A DNA stretch of 64,000 bases from Candidatus Omnitrophica bacterium UBA6253 (GTDB taxonomy: Bacteria; Omnitrophota; Gorgyraeia; Gygaellales; Profunditerraquicolaceae), in assembly GCA_002441245.1 (NCBI GenBank), contig DJVP01000001.1, forward strand, positions 65,215 through 129,214, in the 5' to 3' direction. The translations under genes were made by a program, and so were the position numbers. Positions within the stretch are counted from its first letter, which is position 1. Every line of letters begins with the position of its first letter. This document shows positions 46,271-54,482 of this stretch, in pieces. Below the pieces are notes generated by a model, which did not search any database, had not been told where the DNA came from, and saw only the letters and a program-made list of their open reading frames with translations.

Positions 46271-47029
46271 ATGGAAGAAAAAAGAAAATCCGTGCGCATA
46301 GAAAAACCTCTAACGATCAGGTATTCTCCGGAGTCAAACAGTAAGGATAACTGGAATGTTTCTTTTATTAAGAATATAAGCGAATCGGGAATATCATTCG
46401 ATACAAACACGCAATTCCAGGTAGGCGAAATTATACTAATGATGTTTAAAATTCCTCTTGATCCGTACAATTGGATGGAAACTAAGGGCAGCGTAGTTGA
46501 TTCACACCCTCATATAGGCAAAACTTTCTTAACACGCCTAAAATTTACTTCTATAAACCAGACGCAGGTCAATCTCATAAGAGATTACGTTACCTGGTTC
46601 TTGAGCCAAAAATCCTCCGCTAATCCCATAGCCTCGGATAATGATAAGAGGAAGGCGGAACGTATATATAAAAGCCTGATAGTCAGCTACGGCATAGAAA
46701 ACCATCTTGGCGTAGTGGAAAAATGGGATATTACAACGGTCAGGAATTTTAGCAAGACAGGAATGGTTTTTACTTCCAGTTACGCCTGCGCGGATAAAGT
46801 TGATTTTATGATTAAGTTGCCTTCACATCCTTACGAACCTTTGCGTGTCCGCGGCAGGGTCATAGAATCCAGCTCGCTAAGATTGGCAAACTTTGAAATT
46901 GCAACCGGGACATTCCTTACCCGCGTGGAATTTATTGACCTGAAGGAAGAAGAAAGTAAACTGCTTTGTGATTATGTTGAATGGCTTATTAAGAATGACC
47001 CGGATAAACCTAAAAAGGAGGGTGCGTAA
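46271..47029 (+). CDS. Tandem PilZ-domain protein (two PilZ domains)
   Basis: 252 aa. First domain KRKSVRIEKP ... NISESGISFDT. Second domain DKRKAERIYK ... NFSKTGMVFTS. Confidence 0.7.
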   Translation: MEEKRKSVRIEKPLTIRYSPESNSKDNWNVSFIKNISESGISFDTNTQFQVGEIILMMFKIPLDPYNWMETKGSVVDSHPHIGKTFLTRLKFTSINQTQVNLIRDYVTWFLSQKSSANPIASDNDKRKAERIYKSLIVSYGIENHLGVVEKWDITTVRNFSKTGMVFTSSYACADKVDFMIKLPSHPYEPLRVRGRVIESSSLRLANFEIATGTFLTRVEFIDLKEEESKLLCDYVEWLIKNDPDKPKKEGA

Positions 47030-47389
47030 ATGAGCTACTCAGGACCGGAAAAAAGAAAGAACCCCCGTGCGGATGGCAGATTTATAGTTTCTTATAGGGT
47101 TATGGAAAATAACGGCAATAATGATATAACACAAACTAAAAACTTAAGTCTGGGCGGAATGCTGCTTACCACTAATTGTTCTTTTGCGCCTGGCACGAAT
47201 CTAGCTCTTGAGATCCGCCTGCCTTTTGACCCGAATTCAATTATGCTTATCGGCAAGGTGCTGGAATCAAAAGAGATTAGTAAGGATGTAATCTATGACA
47301 CACGGCTGGTTTTTTTAGCAATTGACGAAAGACACCGCAAGGTAATTGGCGATACGGTAGGTTACTATATAAAAAGTAAGAAAGGGTAA
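47030..47389 (+). CDS. PilZ-domain protein
   Basis: 119 aa. EKRKNPRADGR ... NLSLGGMLLTT. The start codon directly abuts the upstream stop. Confidence 0.7.
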   Translation: MSYSGPEKRKNPRADGRFIVSYRVMENNGNNDITQTKNLSLGGMLLTTNCSFAPGTNLALEIRLPFDPNSIMLIGKVLESKEISKDVIYDTRLVFLAIDERHRKVIGDTVGYYIKSKKG

Positions 47390-47392
47390 TTT

Positions 47393-48688
47393 ATGAGAAA
47401 GATTAATGTCGGGCTTATTGGTTTTGGCAATATTGGTTGTGGTGTAGTCAAGATCCTGCAGCAGAGGAGATTTTTGCTTGCTCAAAAGATCGGAATTGAA
47501 ATTACGATTAAAAAGATATGTGATAAGGATTTAACGTTAAAGAGGGATGTCATTGTAGGTAAAAACTGCCTTGGCCGTGACGCAAACGAGATTATCGATG
47601 ATCCTCAAATTGACATTATCGTAGAATTAATCGGAGGCATTAACCCAGCCAAGGAATTTATTTTAGCGGCTTTAAAAAAAGGTAAACATGTGGTTACTGC
47701 CAATAAAGCCTTGCTTGCCGAACACGGCAACGAACTATTCGCGGTTGCCAATGAACGCGGCAAAAATATCTATTTTGAGGCTTCTGTGGGTGCGGGTATA
47801 CCCATTATAAAATCAATAAAAGAAGGTTTGGTTGCCAATAAATTCAGCTCTATTTTTGGAATTGTAAACGGAACTTCAAATTACGTGCTTACGCAGATGT
47901 CCAGGGAAGGTTGCTCTCTGGATTGCGCAATTAAATCAGCCAAGGCCAAGGGGTTTGCCGAAAAAGACCCTACCCTGGATATTGAAGGTATAGATTCCGC
48001 GCATAAATTGGTATTGCTTACTTATTTGGCATTTGGTAAAATTGTCAGCTTGAAAGATATCTTTATTGAGGGAATATCGCAGGTATCTTCCTCTGATATT
48101 TCTTACGCTAAAGACTTAGGATATGAAATAAAGTTGCTGGCTATTGTTAAAAAGGAAGCTGCTGAGTTAGAGGTACGTGTTCATCCTACATTATTGCCTT
48201 CTGAACACCTGCTTTCTTCAGTTGACGGTGTTTTTAATGCTATATATGTCTCAAGCGACTTAGCGGGCGACCTTATGTTTTACGGCCCGGGTGCAGGGCA
48301 ACTTTCCGCTGCCTCAGCTGTTGTTTCTGATATAGTCGACTTGACTCAGGACATTAAAGCAGGCTTATTTCGGCCCACCCTGAATTCTATTGAAGATGGC
48401 TCAATTAAAGGGTTGCGCCAAATCAATGAATTTGAAAATAAATACTATATCCGCATTATGGCGGTCGACAAACCGGGGGTATTAGCCAAAATATCCGGGA
48501 TTCTGGCAAAATTTGGCATCAGTATTGCCTCCGTAACCCAAAAAGAAAGGTTAAAATCGCAGGTTGTCCCAGTGGTTATGGTAACACATGAAGTAAAAGA
48601 AAAGAATCTGCGAGGTGCCTTAAAGATGATTGATAAATTAAAGGATATTAAAGAAAAATCCGTGGCCATAAGAATAGAGGGTGTTTAG
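47393..48688 (+). CDS. hom: Homoserine dehydrogenase with a C-terminal ACT domain
   Basis: 431 aa. NAD-binding VGLIGFGNIGCGV. The catalytic domain contains the K in FGIVNGTSNY. C-terminal ACT domain. Confidence 0.9.
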   Translation: MRKINVGLIGFGNIGCGVVKILQQRRFLLAQKIGIEITIKKICDKDLTLKRDVIVGKNCLGRDANEIIDDPQIDIIVELIGGINPAKEFILAALKKGKHVVTANKALLAEHGNELFAVANERGKNIYFEASVGAGIPIIKSIKEGLVANKFSSIFGIVNGTSNYVLTQMSREGCSLDCAIKSAKAKGFAEKDPTLDIEGIDSAHKLVLLTYLAFGKIVSLKDIFIEGISQVSSSDISYAKDLGYEIKLLAIVKKEAAELEVRVHPTLLPSEHLLSSVDGVFNAIYVSSDLAGDLMFYGPGAGQLSAASAVVSDIVDLTQDIKAGLFRPTLNSIEDGSIKGLRQINEFENKYYIRIMAVDKPGVLAKISGILAKFGISIASVTQKERLKSQVVPVVMVTHEVKEKNLRGALKMIDKLKDIKEKSVAIRIEGV

Positions 48689-49755
48689 TGAACGAAAAGA
48701 AATATAAAGGGATAATACAAAGATACAAAAAGCTACTTCCTGTCACTGAGAAAACCCCGGTAGTAACCCTAAATGAAGGCAATACGCCATTAATTTATGC
48801 AGGTTACCTGAGCAAGCTGGCAAGCAAGAATATGGAAGTTTACCTGAAATACGAAGGGCTCAATCCTACGGGATCATTTAAGGACAGGGGGATGACTTTA
48901 GCTATATCTAAAGCCTGCGAAGAAAAAGCTACCGCAGTTATGTGCGCTTCTACCGGAAATACTTCGGCTTCTGCCGCTGCTTATGCCGCTCGTGCCGGAA
49001 TAAAGTGTATCGTGCTTATACCCAGCGGGGCTATTGCTTTGGGAAAGCTTAGCCAGGCATTAATTCATGGTGCAAGGGTATTGGCAATTAAAGGAAATTT
49101 TGACGCGGCCCTGGATTTAGTCAAAAAAATTACGCAGCATTACCCTATCAAATTGGTTAATTCTTTAAATCCTTATCGCATTGAAGGGCAGAAAACCGCC
49201 AGCTTCGAGATATGCGACTATCTTGGAGATGCACCGGATTTCCAGATTATGCCAGTAGGCAACGCGGGCAATATTACTGCCTATTGGAAAGGATATAAGC
49301 AGTATAAGGCTTTAGGATTAAGCAGGAGGCTTCCTGCCATGCTGGGCTTTCAAGCAAAAGGAGCTGCTCCCATCGTAAAGAATGAGCCAATTAAGGACCC
49401 TGAGACTATTGCTACTGCCATACGCATTGGCAACCCGGCCAGCTGGCAAACAGCTGTAGAAGCACGCAATGAATCAAAAGGCTTAATTGATATGGTTTCG
49501 GATGCAGAGATCTTACAGGCCTATAAGATTTTAGCGCTCAAAGAAGGTATTTTTGCGGAACCGGCTTCAGCAGCTTCTATTGCCGGCCTGTTGAAATTAA
49601 TCAGAAAAGGTTACTTTAAGAATAAAAAAGGCAGGATTGTATGTATATTGACCGGGCACGGCCTAAAAGATCCAGAGAGGGCGATTAAAACAGTAAAGTC
49701 ACCTAAACTTATGGCTGCAAATCTAAAATCGATAATTAAAGAAATTGGTTACTAA
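48688..49755 (+). CDS. thrC: Threonine synthase
   Basis: 355 aa. PLP lysine motif NPTGSFKDRG. Short ThrC form. Confidence 0.9.
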   Translation: MNEKKYKGIIQRYKKLLPVTEKTPVVTLNEGNTPLIYAGYLSKLASKNMEVYLKYEGLNPTGSFKDRGMTLAISKACEEKATAVMCASTGNTSASAAAYAARAGIKCIVLIPSGAIALGKLSQALIHGARVLAIKGNFDAALDLVKKITQHYPIKLVNSLNPYRIEGQKTASFEICDYLGDAPDFQIMPVGNAGNITAYWKGYKQYKALGLSRRLPAMLGFQAKGAAPIVKNEPIKDPETIATAIRIGNPASWQTAVEARNESKGLIDMVSDAEILQAYKILALKEGIFAEPASAASIAGLLKLIRKGYFKNKKGRIVCILTGHGLKDPERAIKTVKSPKLMAANLKSIIKEIGY

Positions 49756-50404
49756 AAATAATATCCTGATTACTGCCGGTTCTACCTGGGTGCCCATTGA
49801 TAAGGTTAGGGTAATCAGTAATATTGCATCCGGCAAGACCGGTTTTATCTTGGCAAACAAATTTAAGGAATTTGGCGCCAGAGTAACATTATTACTTGGC
49901 CCGGGTGACTTTTGCGGCTCAAGGATTTCTGGCGTAAAAATAATCAGTTTTAAATATTTTTCTGAGCTTGATCGACTTTTAAGGAATGAGTTAAAAAAAA
50001 GAATATATGCGGCAGTTATCCATACCGCAGCAGTTGCGGACTACCGGCCCAAAAAGATAATCCGTAATAAAATCAGTTCACGGCTGGCTAATTGGAAAAT
50101 CAGCTTAGTTTCTACTAAAAAACTGGTGAATAATTTAAAGGATTATGATCCCGGTTTAATTGCTGTAGGCTTCAAGTTTGAACCCGATGCAGGAAAGAAA
50201 AAACTGGTCGAAAAAAGCAAACGGCTGCTTAAACAGGCAAATCTGGATATAGTAGTTGCTAATTCTAATAAAAATAAGACTTATCAAGCTTATATATTAG
50301 ATACCTCTGAGAAGTACGGGCCATTTTTTACTAAATCGGCAATGGCGGTTTATCTATCAAAAATAGTTAAGGATCGATTATTAAAAATAAAGGTGAAATC
50401 ATAA
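49745..50404 (+). CDS. coaB: Phosphopantothenate-cysteine ligase (stand-alone CoaB, no CoaC domain)
   Basis: 219 aa. ILITAGSTWVPIDKVRVISNIASGKTG matches the CoaB core ([25 protein letters not shown] in Dfp). Confidence 0.75.
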   Translation: MVTKNNILITAGSTWVPIDKVRVISNIASGKTGFILANKFKEFGARVTLLLGPGDFCGSRISGVKIISFKYFSELDRLLRNELKKRIYAAVIHTAAVADYRPKKIIRNKISSRLANWKISLVSTKKLVNNLKDYDPGLIAVGFKFEPDAGKKKLVEKSKRLLKQANLDIVVANSNKNKTYQAYILDTSEKYGPFFTKSAMAVYLSKIVKDRLLKIKVKS

Positions 50405-50405
50405 T

Positions 50406-51617
50406 ATGACAAAATATATTGTCTTGGTAGGCGATGGCATGGCGGATTATCCTATAGAAGCGCTGGGGATGCGCACACCTTTAGAGGCGGCGCGTACACC
50501 GAATATGGATTATATTGCCAAAAACGGCCTGCTTGGCCAAGCTAGAACAATTCCGGAAAAAATGACCCCAGCATCTGACGTAGCCAACCTTTCTATTTTA
50601 GGGTATGACCCTAAGAAATATTATTCTGGCAGAGGCCCATTAGAAGCTGCAAACCTTGGCGTTGAGTTAGACGAAGATGACATTGCCTTCCGTTGCAATT
50701 TAATTACCGCAGGGGCTGATACCTTGCTTGATTACAGCGCCGGGCACATCAAGTCCAGAGAAGCCGAAAAACTGATTAAATTTCTCGATCAGAAATTAGG
50801 CACTAATAAAATACGTTTTTTCCCTGGAGTCAGTTACAGGCACCTGCTCCTGGTTAAGCGCGGGGTTGAGTTAAAGCTTGAAAATCTGAAATGCAAGGCA
50901 CCGCATGATATTTCAGGCCAAGGCATAAACAAAAACCTGCCTAAAGGCGAGAATGCGGATGTGATTATAAAGCTTATGCGCGATTCACGGGAGATTCTCG
51001 CCAGCCATGAAATTAACCTGGTACGCCTGGACTTAAAAGAAAATCCGGCAAACATGATCTGGCTCTGGGGACAGGGAAAGAAACCAAACATCCCTAAATT
51101 TATAGATAAATTTAACCTGTCAGGCAGCGTAATTTCTGCAGTCGACCTAATCAAGGGGCTGGGCCGGATTCTCGGATTAAATGTAATTAATGTTCCGGGA
51201 GCAACAGGTTATTATGATACTGATTATAAAGGTAAGGCCAAAGCAGGAATTAAGTCTTTGGATAAAAATGAGTTTGTCTTTGTGCATGTGGAGGCTCCTG
51301 ATGAAGCAGGGCATAACGGGGACTTACGGGAAAAAATTACGGCAATTGAGCGCTTTGACCAGCTCGTGGTAGGCCCATTTCTGGAGTATTGTAAAAATAA
51401 GGATGATTTTCGTATTCTGGTCCTGCCGGACCATGCCACTCCGCTTTCTTTAAAAACACACACATCCGATTCCATCCCTTTTGCGATTTACGGCAAGGGG
51501 ATTTCAAAAAAAGATTTTTCCGGTTACAGCGAAAAGGAAGCACAAAAATCTGAACTATATTTAAAAAACGGATATCAACTTATGGAGTACCTTATATTAG
51601 GTAGCCCGCGCTTATAA
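50406..51617 (+). CDS. Cofactor-independent phosphoglycerate mutase, archaeal-type (ApgM / COG3635) family protein. In this context it is probably the non-orthologous homoserine kinase.
   Basis: 403 aa. YIVLVGDGMADYP start, alkaline-phosphatase-superfamily metal ligands (HVEAPDEAGHNGD, LPDHATP). It sits between thrC/coaB and lysC in an aspartate-family block that lacks thrB. Confidence 0.7.
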   Translation: MTKYIVLVGDGMADYPIEALGMRTPLEAARTPNMDYIAKNGLLGQARTIPEKMTPASDVANLSILGYDPKKYYSGRGPLEAANLGVELDEDDIAFRCNLITAGADTLLDYSAGHIKSREAEKLIKFLDQKLGTNKIRFFPGVSYRHLLLVKRGVELKLENLKCKAPHDISGQGINKNLPKGENADVIIKLMRDSREILASHEINLVRLDLKENPANMIWLWGQGKKPNIPKFIDKFNLSGSVISAVDLIKGLGRILGLNVINVPGATGYYDTDYKGKAKAGIKSLDKNEFVFVHVEAPDEAGHNGDLREKITAIERFDQLVVGPFLEYCKNKDDFRILVLPDHATPLSLKTHTSDSIPFAIYGKGISKKDFSGYSEKEAQKSELYLKNGYQLMEYLILGSPRL

Positions 51618-51658
51618 GTTATTGCGCGAGTGCGCCCTTTCGAACAAGGAGAGCAGGA

Positions 51659-52885
51659 ATGCATAAGGAGTTAATTGTTCAAAAATACGGAGGCTCATCC
51701 GTAGCAAATGTAGAACGAATACAAAAGGTGGCACAAAGAGTAGTTAATTATCATAAAAAAGGGTTCGAACTGGTAATTGTAGTTTCTGCTTTAGGGGATA
51801 CAACTGATGAATTAATCCATCTGGCGGATAAAATTAATGCTGAGCCTTCAGAAAGAGAGATGGATATGCTGCTTTCAACAGGAGAACAGATCTCTGTAGC
51901 TCTTTTGGCAATGGCCATCCATAAATTAGGCGCCCAGGCAATTTCTTTTACCGGAGCCCAAGTAGGGATTATTACCGATTCCAGCCATACCCGGGCCAGG
52001 ATCATTAAGATAAATGCCGACAAGATTAAAGAGGAGTTAAAAAAGGCAAGGATAGTTATAGTTGCCGGCTTCCAGGGAGTAACCTTAAACCAGGACATCA
52101 CTACTTTAGGCAGAGGGGGATCGGATTTGACCGCCGTTGCCCTGGCTAAAGAGCTTGCTGCTGACTCCTGCGAAATTTATACCGATGTTGAAGGTATCTA
52201 TACCACTGACCCGCGCATTGAACCAAAAGCCAGAAAGATTGAAGAGATTACTTATGATGAGATGCTTGAGATGGCTTCTTTGGGCGCTCAAGTTATGCAG
52301 GCCCGTTCAATTGAAGTTGCCAAAAAATTTAATGTACCCTTACACGTACGCTCATCATTTACAATCAATCCCGGGACGATGATTATTAAGGAGGTAAAAA
52401 TGATGGAAGATGTGGTAGTTAGCGGCATAACCTTAAATAAAAACCAGGCTAAAATTACTCTCTGTGGCGTTCCAGATAAACCGGGGGTTGCAGTAAAACT
52501 GTTCAAAGACCTGGCTATGTCCGGGGTTAGCGTAGATATGATCGTACAGAATGTAAGCCACACACGCTTAACTGACATATCGTTTACCATTACCAAGGGG
52601 GATCGCGCTAAGGCCAGCAAGATTACTAAAATGGTAGCCAAAAAGATCGGCTCAAGCGATGTGCTCATTGATGAGGATATCGCCCGTGTCTCTATTGTAG
52701 GCGTAGGCATGAAGTCTCACCATGGCGTTGCAGCCAAGATGTTCGGAATAATGGCGGAGAATAAAATTAATATTGAGATGATTTCAACTTCCGATATCAG
52801 TATATCATGTATTATCAAAAAGAAATTCGCTGAGAAAGCAGTTAAAAAATTACATAAAGAGTTTGGGCTAGATAAACGGGGTTAA
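51659..52885 (+). CDS. lysC: Aspartate kinase (monofunctional, tandem ACT domains)
   Basis: 408 aa. VQKYGGSSVAN kinase start and two C-terminal ACT domains. Confidence 0.9.
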   Translation: MHKELIVQKYGGSSVANVERIQKVAQRVVNYHKKGFELVIVVSALGDTTDELIHLADKINAEPSEREMDMLLSTGEQISVALLAMAIHKLGAQAISFTGAQVGIITDSSHTRARIIKINADKIKEELKKARIVIVAGFQGVTLNQDITTLGRGGSDLTAVALAKELAADSCEIYTDVEGIYTTDPRIEPKARKIEEITYDEMLEMASLGAQVMQARSIEVAKKFNVPLHVRSSFTINPGTMIIKEVKMMEDVVVSGITLNKNQAKITLCGVPDKPGVAVKLFKDLAMSGVSVDMIVQNVSHTRLTDISFTITKGDRAKASKITKMVAKKIGSSDVLIDEDIARVSIVGVGMKSHHGVAAKMFGIMAENKINIEMISTSDISISCIIKKKFAEKAVKKLHKEFGLDKRG

Positions 52886-52887
52886 GC

Positions 52888-54462
52888 ATGAAAAAAGTAA
52901 AATTATACGATACGACATTACGTGACGGCTCGCAGGCAGAAGGAATATCTTATTCAGTAATAGATAAAATCCGAATTGCTGAGGAGCTTGATAAAATCGG
53001 CATCCATTTCATTGAAGGCGGCTGGCCAGGTTCAAACCCTAAAGACCGGGAATTTTTCTTAAAAATAAGCCGCAGCAAGCTGAGAAATTCCCAGATCGCT
53101 GCTTTTAGCATGACCCGCAGGCCGAACATTTCAGCCCCGCATGATGCAAACTTAAAGGCGCTTTTAAAATCCAAGGCAGAGGTAATTACTATTGTTGGTA
53201 AAACATGGGATTTTCATGTAACCGCGGTCTTAAAGACTACCCTGGATGAAAACCTGGCGATGATTGAAGATACGGTTGGTTTTCTGGCAAAGAAAGGTTT
53301 TCTGGTTTTTTATGATGCCGAGCATTTTTTTGATGCATACAAAGCAAATAAAAATTATGCCTTAAAAACTTTAACTGCCGCTCAAAACGCAGGAGCAAAA
53401 GCAATTTGCCTTTGCGATACAAATGGCGGATTTTTAACCAGCCAAATATCCAGCATAACGGAAGAAATTAAAAACAAAATCGGAGATGCGGAAGTAGATC
53501 TGGGCATCCATTGCCATAATGACGCAGGCGTTGCGATCGCTAATTCACTGGCAGCTGTAGAAGCAGGGGCAAATATTGTCCAGGGGACAATCAACGGCTA
53601 CGGGGAACGCTGTGGAAACGCGGATTTGATTCCGATTATCGCCAATCTAAAAACTAAACTAAAAATTGATTGTATTTCAGACTTTAATCTGAAACAACTG
53701 ACACATGTTTCACACTTTGTCAGCGAAATCAGCAATATGCGCGTAAGGAGTGAACAGCCTTTTGTGGGCGATTCGGCCTTTGCGCATAAAGGGGGGATGC
53801 ATATAAATGCCATAATGAAAAACCCCCTGACTTATGAACATATTGCCCCTTCACTAGTAGGTAACCGCCGGAGGATTTTAGTTTCCGAACTGGGAGGGAA
53901 AACCGGGATCCTCTTAAGGGCCAAAGATTTATGCTACGATTTAAGCAAAGAAGACCCTCAAACCAAGAAAATACTGGGATTAGTGCAATCCTTGGAACAT
54001 AAAGGGTTCCAGTTCGAGGCTGCCGAGGCATCTTTTCAGATATTAATGAAAAGGGCATTAAAAAAATACAAGAAGTTTTTTGAGCTGGAGGGATTTAAGG
54101 TAGTTATTGAAAAACGCTTAAACAATAGGATTACCTCTGAAGCAGTAATCAAGCTGAAGGTAAAAGGGGTTAAAGAACATACTGCTGCTGAAGGTGATGG
54201 TCCAATTAACGCATTAGACAATGCCCTGCGTAAAGCCTTGAAGGATTTTTATCCGACTTTGGCTAAGATGCATCTATCTGATTTTAAAGTACGCGTCTTG
54301 GATGAAAAAGCAGGCACTGCTGCAAGAGTACGCGTATTAATCCAATCCCAGGATGAAAAAGACGTCTGGAGTACCATTGGAGTACATGAAAATATAATAG
54401 AAGCCAGTTGGCAGGCCCTGGTCGACAGCGTAGAGTACAAACTTCTTAAAGATAATCAATAA
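52888..54462 (+). CDS. cimA: (R)-citramalate synthase (LeuA/CimA family with a LeuA-dimer C-terminal domain)
   Basis: 524 aa. KLYDTTLRDGSQAEGIS and GGWPGSNPKD closely match Geobacter-type CimA. HxH metal site (IHCHNDAG). Regulatory C-terminal domain. Confidence 0.7.
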   Translation: MKKVKLYDTTLRDGSQAEGISYSVIDKIRIAEELDKIGIHFIEGGWPGSNPKDREFFLKISRSKLRNSQIAAFSMTRRPNISAPHDANLKALLKSKAEVITIVGKTWDFHVTAVLKTTLDENLAMIEDTVGFLAKKGFLVFYDAEHFFDAYKANKNYALKTLTAAQNAGAKAICLCDTNGGFLTSQISSITEEIKNKIGDAEVDLGIHCHNDAGVAIANSLAAVEAGANIVQGTINGYGERCGNADLIPIIANLKTKLKIDCISDFNLKQLTHVSHFVSEISNMRVRSEQPFVGDSAFAHKGGMHINAIMKNPLTYEHIAPSLVGNRRRILVSELGGKTGILLRAKDLCYDLSKEDPQTKKILGLVQSLEHKGFQFEAAEASFQILMKRALKKYKKFFELEGFKVVIEKRLNNRITSEAVIKLKVKGVKEHTAAEGDGPINALDNALRKALKDFYPTLAKMHLSDFKVRVLDEKAGTAARVRVLIQSQDEKDVWSTIGVHENIIEASWQALVDSVEYKLLKDNQ

Positions 54463-54482
54463 ACTTTAATCCAGTAAAATCA

